Assembly: GCF_964355755.1 (NCBI RefSeq)
Contig: NC_092677.1
Coordinates: 23,361,175 to 23,425,174, forward strand
Source of the DNA: Antedon mediterranea
Lineage: Eukaryota; Animalia; Echinodermata
Direction of reading: 5' to 3'
DNA length: 64,000 nt
Shown one piece after another: positions 12,165 through 26,969 of this stretch (the stretch's first letter is position 1; each line of letters opens with the position of its first letter). A program made the translations under genes and the position numbers. The notes beneath the pieces are model-generated. The model did not search any database, was not told the DNA's origin, and saw nothing but the letters and a program-made list of their open reading frames with translations.

Positions 12165-15100
12165 TTAGAAAACATCAAAAAGGTCGCATACACCCTCGCT
12201 GTCGTCCAGATTGAAGTAGTAGTCATTGTCTCCTGGTGGCGGCGATAATCGCAGTAATGGTGCAAACACTATCAATAAAAGAAAAAAATATTATTATCAA
12301 TAAATCATGTTTTGATCATGAACCAGTTATAATTAAAGTGGCAAAAATGATAACACAATACTTTATGGTTCATTGGACATTTTAATTTATTTTTAGGCAC
12401 ATGTGGCCAAGGATTACCTATACCAATAGTAAATTAATCACTGTCCTATCAAATAGGTGGTAATTCCCCCGGATACAGGGGATAATTTATGAACCTGTCA
12501 GCCGGGGTAACTCATCTTGAATGATGAACTGGGCTCTTTAAAGTGCACACAGGTTATAACTGTGTACACTAGACCTATGGTTTATAGTCTTTATCCGAGA
12601 AAACTTGTTCCACCAGCAGAACTAGGAGTGACTTGGCCTCGACCCCATGCAGATATTGTAGCTCTTTAGTTCCTGGGAATAAAGCATTTTTCCCCCCAGG
12701 CAAAATTATTTGGGGCAATCCAATGTTTTCGCACAAAAAAATCTGCACTACAATGAGATTTTCATTTTCACCATAAGTGTCCGCCGAGTTGTGTTTTTAG
12801 TCGCGTGGAAGCGACTCTATAGTTCACTATGTCGGTCGGTCGGTCTGTCTGTCGGTCTGTCTGTCGGTCCGGTATCACTATGCGTTTTATCGCTTTCTGA
12901 CCTTATCTTGATATCAGTTTAATCTAGCTAGGTCAATTTTTCACAGTATATTCCTTATGGCCAGGAATCAATGTGGTTATGTTTTCACGGTGCGCAATAA
13001 AAAATTACGCGGTCTACGCACGATTTAACGAAATCACGTTTGTAATCATATCTTCACAACCATGAATCACAATTAAATAAAATTTGGTACTCATAAATTT
13101 CAGGGCATAAATCATCATATGGCAATACAATTACGTGCGTAGCGCATGTAACGCATGCGTACGCGCGCTTAACATTTTCAAAATTTATTTTCGATGAAAT
13201 AAGAGTACATTTCAGGCAATTTTAAGCGTTTACAAAATCGCCATGAGTGCGCATATTTTTGCGCGCGCACTACGCGTTAAATGTTGTTGCGCACTCTTTT
13301 TGCCCGATTTCTGTTTTCTTGACTTACTTTTCAACTCGAAATTACGTTATACGAGCACGTCGAAAGTGACAGGCTACGCACGTGTAAATAAAAAAAAAAA
13401 AATGTTTTTAAACATTTCAACATTTTTAAACATGTTCAGTAATTTCGGTCAGTATAGTTCACTGTGTCGGTCGGTCGGTCTCTCTGTCTGTCGGTCCGGT
13501 ATCACTATGCATTGTAGCACGCGACTTAATGGCTGTTGGCCTTGTTAATTTACACAAGTGCTCATGAACTAATTTCCTGATCTCTTGGCTTATAAAAGTC
13601 ACAGATGATGGGAGTATTGAAAGCAGAGAAAACTCATAATCAGTCATGATCAACATGGACCTTGTGAAGAGATTAATAGGGTATTGCTAAACACCGCAAA
13701 CCCCCAAAAAAACATAGCAAACCCCACCGAACCAACATAAAGATGATTGAATCATGTAGTGTACAACCCACTGGGTATATCCATGTAAAAAAATATTACA
13801 TTTTTACTGTTAACTACTTATTTTTGGGGTAAAACATCATTTTTTGGTCAAAAATGATTGCTGAACCCTGCAAACCTCCAAAAAAATATAGCAAACCCCA
13901 CCGAACCAACATAAAAGTGAGCATGGACCCAGTGAGTCGTACACTACATGATTCAATCACTTATATGTTGGTTCGGTGGGGTTTGCTATGGTTTTTTGGA
14001 GGTTTAGCAATCATTTTTAACAAAAAAAATGATGTTTTACCCCAAAAATAAGTTGTTAACAGTAGAAATTTAATTTGTTGTTTACATTGATATACCGAGT
14101 GGGTTGTACACTACATGATTCAATCACTTTTATGTTGGTTCGGTGGGGTTTTCTATGTTTTTTTGGAGGTTTGCGGGGGTTTAGCAATACCCAAGATTAA
14201 TACAGAGATAACTGAACTTTGAGAAAAAAGAATAAAATGTAGAGAGAGAACACTTACTTTCAGGATCTAGGTACAGGTCATCAAGAGAATCCAGAGTTGG
14301 ATCAAGTAAATTGGTTACGTCATCTGAAAATAATTAATAAATGATTAAAGTGTATATTGTCACATAAATTAATTCAGAAAACACATTCTATATTTCAAGA
14401 ATCTACTCATTTCATGCATAATGTATTTGAGGTCTATCATCTCTCGCACAAATATTTTTTATTTTATTTTTTTTTTATTTATTCGACTTCTCACTAACTC
14501 AGTTAGTGAAGGATCTGGACCAACAGGTGGTAAACACCTCTAAAAGGGTCCAGTCCCAATTTGCACAGTGGCTGTGTGTGACAGTGGCTGTGTTTATGTG
14601 GACTAGTACACCGGGGTAACCCCCTACTCGTCTCGAAAGATGTACTAGGTTCTTTAAAGTGCGCATGAGCTATGTGTACACTGGACCTACGGTTTATAGA
14701 CCTTATCCGAGAAGACTCGTTCTACCACCAGAACCATGGAGCGAGTGAGCCTCGAACACTTGCCGATGTTATGGCTACGTAATTACGGTTCCACTGTCTT
14801 AACCGCTCGGCCACTCACTCACTCAAATAGGTTACATAACAACTTTTATATAATATATATTTAAAATACTAGTGAATCTAAGTAATGATACTTTGTACTG
14901 ATAAAATGAATGAAGAAATGATCTATTTTTTTATGACATTGTATTTTTGCTCTATTGGATAAATTTTAATGATTAATGTCCAGTATATTTATTTTTTTAT
15001 GCATATTGCAAATTGTTTTGTATTTTTTATCTGTAATAATGTAACTTTTTATTATATGTACTACAATAATTTCAGACTTGTTCTGCTTTTTGTAATGTTT

Positions 15101-18100
15101 TTATATACCGGAATAAATAAATAAATAACACCTAAATACATTCCTGTCATTTAATTGGACAATTGTGGGTCACATGGCATGCAATAGTAAGCACTATTAA
15201 ACGTTCATTATTTGTATATTATCCTGCTGCTTGTTAGTATACCGTACGAGAGTAATGTGACATTTTATTTATCTGTTTTTGTATATCTCAGAGCAAACAT
15301 AATTTCTATGTATATTTTGAATGCTGATTTCGAAGTGACCATACAACCAAACCCAGTCACATGACCTCAGTAACAATGCAACAACAATACAAATTAATTA
15401 CATTGTCTACAGTAAAATCTATATAATGACTAGCATGTTCATTGTCTAGAATAATAGTTTTCTTTTTAAAATATGGTGGTCATTAGCATAGTAATCTGTT
15501 AATAACATAGTTTACAAAACTAATAATAATAATAATTTAGAAAAAACAAAACTTCATAGCTATTGTTTCTCATCAACTTTACCTGGAGCAGTGGTATATA
15601 CTCTCAGGTTGGTAAGACAGGGAATTTAATATACCTCCATTTAAATGCCACAAAAGAATGAATCAGTTCTTAAATGGGGTAAGATTGGAGGTGTATTTAC
15701 ATTTATTTGCCGGGAGAACTATGTAATGCAGTTCTCGTCAGCATCTCTCAACAAGATTTTTGTCAGTTTCGTCGTAACATAATGTATATCTTATTTATGA
15801 TAGGTACTGGTTGAAATTATTTTTTTATATTTCATATGCATCCAACAGCAAGTAACTCGCCAATTATTGGATGGAGAAACTATTTCATAAATTAGCATGC
15901 TTATAAACAATAGCACTCATTTCATTGAGGCTTAGGGAGTGAAGTTGGATTGAACCCTGGAGCTTGGGATTGAAAGGCTTGGATGTTAACCACCAAGCTA
16001 CAGCTCCACTACGTTTATGCCTCCATTTAGTTTAAATATAGTTATTTAGTACCAGAACTTACCAAATGAGTCACGCTTTATAGACTTGAGTGGTTCAATA
16101 GCTGCTGGTGTTGTATCCATTGCTACCTCATCTGCTGGAATGAGTCTACCAGCTGGTGGTTGACTTGCGCCATTAGGTTGAGACATCCCTAACGTTGGGT
16201 TGGAGATATCATGTGGTGGTACGGGTACAACAACAGGGCTACTACTTGATGTGTCTTTGTTTACCAGCAGAACATATATTGGACCATTGAAACTTTTCAA
16301 ATGAATTTGGTATTTTTTCTTATTATCAGAAACCTGAAAAACATATTTAAAAACATAATGATATTCATAATAATTACAGACAGCATTGTATACACTGCAG
16401 TAAAGCGAAACCAGAATGTCAACTGCAGTTGACTGCGTACAACAAAGTAATAACAACAACTGCTGGTAGTCTTATATATACAGTGGCACCTAATACTATG
16501 TTTCTAAGCGCTTTATACACAAAAATGATCATTAAAATATCCAAAGGTAACCAAAAAAAGAAGCATAGGAACCATTTACTTTACACCGTACAGTAGGTGC
16601 TGTAGTTCCAGCCTATAGCTCAACGTAAATTGTATGTGAAGCTTAATTTAGCTTTTAAGCAAAGCAACTATATTGCAAGGCACATCATTATTTACAGCCC
16701 ACGAATTTCACGTCGGCAATCGGCAATTGCCGACCTTATTGCCGACCTTAAATTGTCAGAGGACGGCAAGAGATTGCCGACCTAGAAACTAGGCTAGATC
16801 CCTCCTTTCAAGCCTCCTAGCAACAACATGGTACTTTAAGGGATCGTATCATTGAAATTTTAACAGGCATATTCACCACCATGTTGTGTTTAGTTAACAA
16901 ACCATGGAATTAAGATGATCCCTGAATTCACTCAACCATTACATCATTTTGTGTGTACTGTGAGCTGCATGCTTTCCTATCAACCAAGCTGGCTGGGCAC
17001 AGCGCTGTGCGTGCGCGACAGACCTGTGTAGGGGAATACCCTGTTATGCCAAGCAAGCAACTATGCTCTGTGTACGGCTAGCTCCAGAACCATGATGTTC
17101 ATCAATTAATTATCAAATAGAATTTATCTTGTAGATTTTAGTGTTAGGTTTTTATATTTTAGTTAATTTTGCTAGTTCTTTTTGCATACCATATAGCTAG
17201 GGAGGCTAGCCTAGGCCTAGCTAGGCCTTTAGGTTAGCAAGAGGTTTTGGCCTTGGGGTGAATTTTCTATTTTTAGAACTGCCGAGACTGCCGACCTTGG
17301 CGAATTTAAGGTCGGCAATTTTTTGCCGACATTTTTTCTGAATTTCGTGGGCTGTATTTACCTCCGCCAAAGAGGTATGTAGTCAATCACATGTGTTTGT
17401 TTGTTAGCAGGATTACTCAAAAAGGACTATTCCATTAAATTTTGATTATTTTTTTAATAATCTAGACCATATTTTAAATATTATTTTCAGACTTGCTAGT
17501 GTTAAAGACAATTTTCAAAATCTATTGATTAATTTGATTTAATGTACCGGTTTTTTGATACGAGTAGTTTCAAAAGCCGATTTCTTTTCAAATTCAGCCA
17601 TTAGTTTTTGGCGTTGCCATTACATCAAGTTCGCATACACATGGTTGTATTGAGATTAGCCTAATCACACACAGCATTAAGACACAATAATTTAATATAA
17701 TATATATAAAATATATTTTTTTTCTTCCAGTGAAATCTTATGTAGGAGAATTTTACAGTAGGCAGAGATATGCACTCTTGGAGGTCGTTCTAGTTTATAC
17801 TTGCGAGACTTTTATTTATCCATTGTCAATTAACATCATGCTTCTCATTTGCCTACCCAGTGTACCGTAGTTTACCAACTTCACACAATTATCCCTATAC
17901 AATTTTTCACAAATTATCCCGAAGAAAAACGTGTTGGGGAATCAGTCTTGGAGGTTAACTGTCCAAACTACATTTTTCATTTCAATTAAAAAAACTGTAA
18001 TACTAATACATACCCTTTCAGGAACTGGCACTTCCAACTGTGTACCTGATGGAGCTTGTATTGCTAATAATGTGTCATTCTTAAAACATTTACAAAGATC

Positions 18101-21100
18101 TTCATGGTTTACATATGCCAATGTAAAAACACAAATTAAGAAAAAAAACTTTTGAAAATTTTGCTTTAAATAAAATACTGATAGATAGAGACCAATTTGC
18201 AATAAAGTTTATAATAGGCTCCATCTTGAAAACAATCTTGAAAGAAACAAAAACCAACGGCGACGACGACGATTGAAACTAATTTTTTAAAGGATATCTG
18301 CTATTTTCTTGGTCGTCTGTTACGTTTTTAATACTCTGTTGTACCCATTCCCTTTGTTCATCTAGTTCTCGTTCCCTTTCTTGTAACTCATTTAATTCCT
18401 CTTTCAACACCTCTAATCTATCAGCCAGTTCCACTGTGTTGCAGCCTGGACCAGCGCCTCTGTAAAATACAATAATGTTCAATATCAATAAATGATGTTT
18501 TAAGACTTTTATTTATTTATAATTTTAAATAATTGTTAGTAAATTAATCACTGTCCTATCAGATAAGTGGTAAGCCTTTTTGTGAACCAGTTCACAGGGG
18601 GTAACCCCATATAAATTTTTATATGTATTTTTGTATGTGTACGCCATTTGGAAAATAAATTTCTATCATTTTTTTATGATGGACCAATAGATATTATCTT
18701 ATCTTATACTGGTCTCAAATGATGAACTAGGTCTTTTAAACTGCACATGGGGAAAACTGTGTACATTGTACCAACAGTTTATAGTTATGCGACTTGTTCC
18801 AGCCCCAGAACTAGGAACATGCTGGCCTTCAACTCATGTTGATATTGTTGCCTCTTTAGGTATGACAGTAAATGGCAGACCTGCCTTAACGGCTTGGCCA
18901 TTTGACCTCTGATAAGCAATTTTACATTTCAAGTAATTTTGTTTATATTTTGCACTTTTAGAATAAAAATATTTATTAAATTAAATAACTGTTTGCACTA
19001 CTGTAAGTGTAGCAAAACATCCAATTATTGATTATAAGTCTCTAGGATTACTAGTTTACCAAGGTACAGTATAAAATGATTAAAGGTCAAAGTTCAAGAA
19101 AAGTAAAACATCCAGGTTGACTTTAAATTGACCCCCAAATACGTAGATCGTAGCTAAAAAGGCTTTCGTATTACCTCCTTTACTCACTCACTAGCTTAGC
19201 CTAATCTTGGCCTGCTGTAGGGGGAATGCACATGTGTGGCTTGTCTCACAGCCTGGGTTTTGTGGTTTGTTGTCACAAAACACCAAACAAATATTGACTT
19301 AGAGAAGAAAGTCCTGGTGTATACTGTAATCTACAGTGCTTCAAAATGACCCTACTGTATATTAGTAATGCTCAAAGTCTTTAAGCCTTATCCCATAAAG
19401 GAACACAATAGGGCATTGTGTTATTTCCAGATGGCTAGCTAGCAGTGCTTACTACAAAGCAATTCACTTGCTGTACATAAATGTACTACAATACAACTCC
19501 CATGTGGTAGAAATTAAAAAAGATACCAGTGTAATTATTCCTTCTGTAGGCCTACAGAAAAAAAAACCGAAGGAGGCACTGTTTTCAAAAGGTTTGTTAT
19601 TCAAATTGCCTATAGAAAATATAAAATTCAAAGAAAAACATTTCAGTACATAAACAATTAAACATATTAGCTCATTGTGTTGTTGTGTACAACAATATGT
19701 ACTGTATCATGACAAATTTGTTTCTTTCCTAATATAATCAAGTAAATTAACACTTTCTCCCTAATATAACTTTTCCTTTTTTAGCTGGAACATCTGCTTG
19801 CTTCGCAAATAAAACACCTACTTAATAATAGGTCAATAATGTAAATTTACATATCTAGGGTAACTATATAATGATACTATAAACCATCTGCATATATAAT
19901 CCTAAATATAATTTGATAACAAAGGTAATATAGCATTTTCTGTGCAAAGCATTACAATGAATGCCCTTGACTTTTCACTGATAAAATCATTAAAAAGAGA
20001 AAATATTGCCATGTATCAGGAAATCAAAATTTAATTTTTGACAAAAAAAAACCACATTTTTTATTAATTAACCCTACTGAAGCAAGAAACACTAAAAATG
20101 ATTATTTTTCGCTCATGCTGGTTTTCAAACTGGCCCAGATCCTGTGAAAATATACACTCTGGGCTAGTCAGTCATCTGTCTTGTAATGTACAGTTAGTAA
20201 AATAATCACCTGAACAACACAATTTTGAAACCACACGTAAGATCATAAATGCTTTGAACATTAACAGTAAAATTCTCCTATTTATTATCGGGACACTTAT
20301 CTTTAAAGTGAACAAGTGAAAATAATATGTATCACTACATGGCCAACCCCTATTCAGGGGACACTCTTATTACGTTTGTATGAAATTGGCAGGGAATTTA
20401 CTGTATTGGAGCTGCCATGGCAAAAGCTCTCCAGTCATGTGCAGACACAGACATTCGTAAGTCTATTTTGAAACTGAATAATTTAATACCTTCATTCACC
20501 AAACAGTATCAGTATTTAAACAGTAAATAATGTAAAACACAGTAACAGATAATGAATTTTAAAAGGCTAAATTAGCTACAGTTATAATTAATCTTTATTC
20601 ATCAGTACTATAGCTATTGTGTTAGGTAGCGTAAGGAAAGATTACCTTTTTATTAACCAAAGAAAAGGTAACATTTAAGTACACACTTTGAAAGCACACA
20701 ATGTTAAGCTGTATAATAATGCTACCTACTACTGTACTGTATACCCCATGGTTTGTTTATTAATGTACATGTAATGATACAGGTAGGTAAACCTGTACAA
20801 ATTATGGACCTACAGTATTTCTATTGAAAGAAAAGCTTGGAAATAGTTCATAGTTCATTTTATTTGTCCATACGGAAATTCATGTGACATACAATTGCTC
20901 AAAGTTAAAAGGTTCATACAATACAATTACATAGCAACAAAATCCAACGACTTAACAACGACTAAATTGGGTTTGGTATTTTGTATAAATTGTTTGTATT
21001 CAAGATCCTAAATGACAGTGCTCCTGCTTATTTATCTGACCTTGTGGATCGTTACGAATCATCCCGCAGAGGCCTACGATCATTGTCACAAAACCTTCTT

Positions 21101-23620
21101 CAAGAGCGTAGAGCAAAAAATCAGTGGGGTCAGAGATCTTTTTACGTTGCGGCCGCAAGTGTATGGAACAGCTTACCAGCAACAGTTAAATGCTCAACTA
21201 GTCTAAACAGTTTCAAGACCAACCTAAAGACGTCGCTATTCGCTGATGTTCTCGCACGTTGTTAATGCACAAAGCGCCATGAGCGCCACATGGGTGGAGG
21301 ATACCGGCGCTATATAAGTTTTCATTTATTATTATTATTAAATATAAATAAAGATCTTATTGCAGGTTTAATTTTAATACTAAAATGCCAATAGCGGTAA
21401 TGGTATACTTGCGGAATTATTTCACACATCATATAGTTGTTAGGTGGAAGTACAAAATGGTATTAATGTTTATTTCTGATAAGATTCAACAGCCTTTCAA
21501 ATGTTCATGCTGTTGAGCTGAACTTAATCTACTGAAGTGAGGTCAAATTGAAACTTACACATTCAAAATTTATCAAGTAAAATGAGTTCAACAAACAGTA
21601 TTGCTGCAAGACTGAATTCAATGTTGTTTAAAAATTATGGACAAGTTTTTGGGTCAATTTCTATCGGCAAGGAAAACCTGTTCTTGAAAAATGTGGTTTT
21701 GGCCATGATTTTCCTTGCCAATAGAAATAGACTTGTCATAAGGGGCCAATTTCATTCGGCAAGGAAAAATATGTTGTTTGTTCAAACATATTTTGCTTGT
21801 CAATAGAAATAGACTTGTCATGGCTTTATTAAAGAACAAAAACAAATTTATACTTACTTCCATTGTATGCTATTCTTTGATTTTTTTTCTATCAGACCTA
21901 TTCCTTCTAAAACATTTGTTATATCATAAATTCTTCTTTTCTGTCGGACAGCTAATGTATCTGCAGCCTATATAAAATAGATAACATAGAAGCAACATAA
22001 TAATTTATGCAAATTATTTGGGAAAACAATCTAGGCCCCTAGTTAATTAAAATTATTTTTTAAAAAGAACATTGTTTATTATTGGATTATTTTTCATTGA
22101 GGTTACGAAAGGTCACATAAAAAAATACTGGAGGAAGCTGTGAGGTTTAAAAAAAATCGAATTATTTCTTGTAATCACTGTATTATTTTAAAAAATGTGA
22201 AAAAATGTTTAGGCATTACTTTTTTAAATCTTCTGAAAATCGGTTGACGCAAGTCAACGGTTCCAGGACGACTCGGCCCGGGACTATTCGGCCCACTTTT
22301 GGTGGGACGATTCAGCCCACTTTTGGGCCGAAACATCCCACTTTGTGGGCCGAAACGTCTCATTTTAGACCAAATTCAATATTCATTTTTGTTGGTATTT
22401 ATCAACTTTTTAAAGGTGTTTAACAATCCGTATTTTATTCATATTGACAATGTTGATATAATATATATAGTAAATTACTAAAAAAACGTCATTTTATATT
22501 CAATTTATTACTTCAGAAACCTTGTTTATTTCGTGCATTCGCCAAGCCACCAACAGAGGGCGTAACTTGTTTACATCGTTCGCGTGACTAAAAAATGATC
22601 ATTTTCGACAATGTTTTCAAAATGTTTGCTTAATTGCATCTTTATTCCTAGTAGTACTACCCATAGTCTCTCTGAAAATAAAGTTTGGGCAAAAAAGCTT
22701 ATTTTATGCATATCAAAACCGATGTGTGCCGAATCGTCCCAGGCCGATTCGTCTCAGGGCCGAATCGTCCCGGTACCGAGTCAACACGGAAGATTTTTCT
22801 TGCGTGTGCCATTAAGTCACGTCTTTCAGGGCAGTCCAATTAACACAGGAAAATGCATAGGGCCCTAGTAGCTAACTTTTCATACTAAAATTAACACTGC
22901 CCGTCATTTGTCATCAGTTTTATCACGTTGCTGCAGTATACTAAATGTTGCATTTCTTACAATGATTTTTTTAACCTAACTAATACTACACGTCTAGAAT
23001 AATAAAATGTTACCTTTAGGCCAGCCAAGGCCTTCTCCTAGAGTGTGTATGCTGAGAGGTTATACCTCCCTGGTCTACAGGTGTATGCTAGCCTAGCTAC
23101 TGTAGGCCTAACTAGCTAGGATATTCGTTTGATTTTGAAAAGTTTGTTTTGTGTGTGTGTGGTGGTTTTTAAATCATCATTCCTGATTAAATTATATACA
23201 ACAATCACTCCTAGGCTACGTAAGGTTTTAATGGTGTATTACCAATAGTAACAACATAATATAGTACAATAACTGAGGATTTAGAAACTTATGAAAAACA
23301 TAAATATTACAAAGAAGGTCGGTTTTGTTGGAGTCCGAGTTTTTTGCAACCACTACTGTACACAGAAGAGCTTCGCGTTGTTGAGCTTATCGATCCAGTA
23401 CCACGGCTGCTAAGCCGGGACAGCGAGAATAAATAACAAGTTTTAAAATGCAATATACTAGGTTAAAAAATGACAATACAAGGTTAATTTTAAACTATCA
23501 AACCTTTTTAAGATCTAGCACCCCGTCTTTGGCATCCTGAAGAAGTGTAACAAACTTAGTTGTTAGTAAACCAAGGCTTTTCTCATGCCGACTTAAAGGT
23601 TGCGGCGTGGTGTCGGCCAT
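12165..23620 (-). CDS. E2F4/5: E2F4/5-class transcription factor, complete, ~312 aa, 7 coding exons
   Basis: Exons 23620-23504, 21967-21858, 18459-18298, 18122-18014, 16333-16063, 14323-14258 and 12268-12165 total 939 nt. Motifs: [41 protein letters not shown], marked box [18 protein letters not shown], Rb-binding tail [17 protein letters not shown]. Confidence 0.96.
12400..12670 (-). mobile_element. tRNA-derived SINE copy
   Basis: Same family as 14575-14820. Confidence 0.65.
12794..13546 (+). mobile_element. Helentron-associated interspersed element (HINE/DINE-1-like)
   Basis: 5' TTTTTAG; subterminal IR agtcgcgtg ... cacgcgact; (GTCG/GTCT)n microsatellite; short 3' stem-loop ending CTTGTT. 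Confidence 0.75.
13679..14192. mobile_element. Foldback/MULE-like MITE
   Basis: gggtattgctaaac...gtttagcaataccc, near-palindromic over most of its length. Flanks gagattaata / aagattaata (9-10 bp TSD). Confidence 0.8.
14575..14820 (-). mobile_element. tRNA-derived SINE, best-preserved copy
   Basis: Minus strand shows A-box-like TGGCCGAGCGG and B-box-like GTTCGAGGC, then a central block (ggataagg...gcactttaaagaacc) resembling the Meta-SINE domain. Confidence 0.72.
16695..17354. mobile_element. MITE with TIR CAGCCCACGAA
   Basis: tattta|cagcccacgaatttca ... tgaatttcgtgggctg|tattta, with internal gtcggcaa/ttgccgac repeats. Confidence 0.78.
17357..17796 (+). mobile_element. Second HINE-like element
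   Basis: Starts ttacctccgccaaagagg, contains (gttt)n, ends ggcagagatatgcactct...ttctagtt. Confidence 0.65.
18123..18297 (-). other. U12-type AT-AC intron in E2F4/5
   Basis: 5' site ATATCCTTT, branch-like TTCTTAAT about 12-20 nt from the end, 3' terminus AC. Splicing restores ...ENSR-LAYV. Confidence 0.93.
18535..18905 (-). mobile_element. Degenerate SINE copy
   Basis: Same family blocks as 855-1115. Confidence 0.6.
20981..21340 (+). mobile_element. 5'-truncated L2/CR1-group LINE 3' end
   Basis: APAYLSDL...RRGLRS...[17 protein letters not shown]...[10 protein letters not shown], followed by a GC stem-loop 3' UTR and a (TTA)n tail. Confidence 0.85.
22258..22778. mobile_element. MITE with CGG termini and 6-bp TSD, nested in an older repeat
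   Basis: agtcaa|cggttccaggacgactcggccc ... gggccgaatcgtcccggtaccg|agtcaa. The flanks join into sequence similar to 48894-48990. Confidence 0.78.
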
Positions 23621-24559
23621 GGTTTTGTGCTTGTGTTTTTTTCCGTTATTATTTGACGAATCCTGGGAAATTATATAGAGAGGGCGCCCTTCATACATGA
23701 AATAGGGGAAAAAGACGCAATGCGTCCGAAATTGCCGACAACTCACAACATTATAATACAAACTTTAACACCTAGTGAGTAACTCTGGTACTAAGTCAAG
23801 ATTACATCTGTGACCTTGGGATTGGAAGGAAATCACCAAACCACTATTCTCCAAGTCTCCATGAGCACAAAAAGACAATTAAACAAAAAGAAAATACATT
23901 AAATAATTTAGAAGCCATATTTATTGAAATATTCATACATCCTTAAACTAATCATACATTTGATATAAAAAAAAACAATTAATCAACCTTTACCAATAAT
24001 TCCATATTTACAATAAACATGACATTTTAAATAAATCATGGCATTATTACAGAATATTTTAATATATACATATAAATCTTAATTGAATTTAAAGTATTGC
24101 GCGTTAAATAATATTCTTTAATAGTTTATAATTGAAGATCCCAATGATAACAAATACCTCTTTTTCTCTATTTTAAAAATCTGTTATATGTTCTTGCATA
24201 ATAATTTGTATATATTTTATATTTTTTGTCAAGAGAATATTGAGTAAACAGAAATCCATTTATTTAAAACATTGTTATTTAAAAATAATTTATATTTGTT
24301 ATTGTGTTTATGTATCTGAAAATATATTTGAAAGACATTTCATGAATTTGAAATTACCAATCCATTAAAAAAATATACACATCTAATGGTATTAATGTCT
24401 AGGCAGATCAATGTTTGGTACCAATAAGAAAAGTGAAAGAATTAGAAGAATAATTAATGGACGGATAATTTGGAATATATATCTATATAAATGAAATGAA
24501 AGTGCTATGTAATTACAATCATTACTTGGAAATGTTGTGTGTTGGTATCAATGAGTAAC

Positions 24560-25440
24560 TACCACACTCATACTACAACTACTCATTATCATATCACAGT
24601 CATACTACTAGGCCTACTAATACTCTAAAATGTCAATTATTCTCAACTATACCTCCAACTCATATTATTATTCAAACCTCACTCACTCTCGATCATACTT
24701 CTAATCATACCACTTATCCTCCCACTCATACATCCACTCATAGTCAGTCATATAACTACTAAAGCCTGGTTTCTATAAAATCGCTACACCGTTTCCATTG
24801 AAATCGTTACACCCGCAGATGTCGCCGACGCGCATCGGGAAGGTCTCCCCGATTCATCGCAGACAAATCGGGAATGTTGAACCAAGTTCAACCTTTATAT
24901 TCCCACTCATATTAGGCCTACTACTTGTATCTCCACTTATACTCTTACTTGTACCCATATTAGTACTTATATTCCTACTCATACCTTTACTCATACTCTT
25001 ATTACTACTTATAATCCCACTCATACCTTTACTCATACTCTTATTACTACTTATAATCCCACTCATACTCATGTTACTAATACTCTCTTGCCTCCAGTCA
25101 CTCTTACCCATACTTTTACTTATACTCATACTACTACTTATATCTCCACTCAAACTCTTACTCATAATGCCATGACCAGGCAGCTTGTCAACAAGCAGTT
25201 AGTTGATAAAAACATTACACCGTTTTTACTCTTTCAACAAAAAATATATTTTATAAATTTAAACTGAAATGAAGATTCTATCCCACTGTCACTCATACTG
25301 TACTCCTACTCATATTACTATTAATACTCCCACTCATACTACTTGCTTTCACCTATACTCTTATTAATAATCCTACTCATATTACTAATTATACCACTTT
25401 CCTACTCATACTCTGATATAGTATATCACTACTTGTATTC
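24560..25440. repeat. Degenerate low-complexity tandem repeat (cccactcatactcttattacta-like)
   Basis: Repeated actcatac/ttactact units; accounts for ORFs 24798 and 24854. Confidence 0.75.
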
Positions 25441-26514
25441 CCTTTAAGAGAAAATTAGTTTACATAACTAACATTATTATAATAAAAATAATATTCACTG
25501 GAAATATTTAATATAATAAAAAATGATTTTAAAATATGTCATTATCATCATAATAAATAATGGGGATCTTGCAAAATCGCCAGGAGATATAACTCAGTCC
25601 CAAAATGTAAGGAATTCATAACTTTTAAAAATAATATCTGTTTATCAACTTCGTCAATATTATATATCTTAACAATAATATATCTTTCTTATACATATCA
25701 CATATTATTTACATAAAAACCCATTAAACAGACATGAACAGATGGAAGATTGGTTTTCGAAAAATTAACAAGTTAAACTTGAAAAAAAATACATTCTACC
25801 TATCAAGAATTGAAAGCAATATTACTATATAGTAGGTTAATATGTACAAATGAAATATATTGTGTCTATTATATAAATAAGTTATTATAGTATATTTATA
25901 TAATTAATTTAATTTTTTAGTGCCAAGATAAAAAATGAATGAATGTGGCTATACTAGTCCATTAGGTGTGAATGTGAGAACACTGGGCATGTGCTAGACT
26001 TGCCCCAAGTCTGTATTAATTTTTTTTATTTTTTTTTTTTATTTTGATTTTTGTCTGAAAATATCCAAGCTCAAGTAGTATACGTATGTAACGCCATATG
26101 TGCCAAAATATTTATCTTTTTACTAATATTAAAACAAAAGCAGACTAGGCATGTGCATGTCTCAAAAATGTTTAATGAACCTCTACTATTTTTTCCTATC
26201 TTAAATATATTTACAATTAATTTTAACCTGATCAAAATATTATTTGTAATTTACATTTAAATTAACTTTATGTTATCTCATCAATCAAAAGTTAAAATAA
26301 TAGTACTTATTGCAAAATTTCAACAAAATAAAATTTTAAAAATAGTAACCTTGTTGATATCTATAATTTATGCTCAATTATTATTTGTTTATTATACAGT
26401 ATCATTATTATGGTCATAACATATATAAATTATGGTTCAATCATTCAACGCTATCCATTTTAATGCTTTCATTATTGGGCCTTTATAAGTATTTTTCCGC
26501 TTTCAATTGCCTAA

Positions 26515-26673
26515 AGCTCTGTCTATACTATCAAACTAGTTTGAAAAAAAGTGTGATGTGCCCAAATATGGCAGTGATATGCTTAAATATGGTAGTGATA
26601 TGACATCATCATGTCCATATATGAGCATATCACATTTTTTTGTCACATGAAGTTTGATAGTGTAGACAGAGCT
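26515..26673. mobile_element. Small Harbinger-like MITE (further copies ~35099-35222, ~35245-35328, ~35731-35900, ~62803-62952)
   Basis: taa|agctctgtctatactatcaaact ... agtttgatagtgtagacagagct|taa. Confidence 0.82.
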
Positions 26674-26969
26674 TAACCTTGGTTCCCACTAGAAAAAAGA
26701 TTTCTGCCGCAATGCAATGTAACCACCCAACATAAGAAATATTCTTCTATCAATTTCAAGTCCCCCTTTTTGAATGATCACCGTACAAAGCAGAAAATGG
26801 CATTGAATATACGTCTTGGCACCATGCTTACGATAGCTGGTTAGCACACGCAAGGTATGTTCTAACTTTGCGTCAATACGTTGCATCTACAACCTTGCAT
26901 TACTTCCTAGTGGGAACTAGGCCACTAGGGTACTAAACCCTTAATACTGCATCAGTTACTAACAGTTGA

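Noticed and set aside
14780-14820. tRNA gene
   Set aside because: A and B boxes belong to a SINE head; no complete cloverleaf is evident.
24798-25175. Leu/Ile-rich membrane-like ORF and its antisense ORF
   Set aside because: Degenerate low-complexity repeat.
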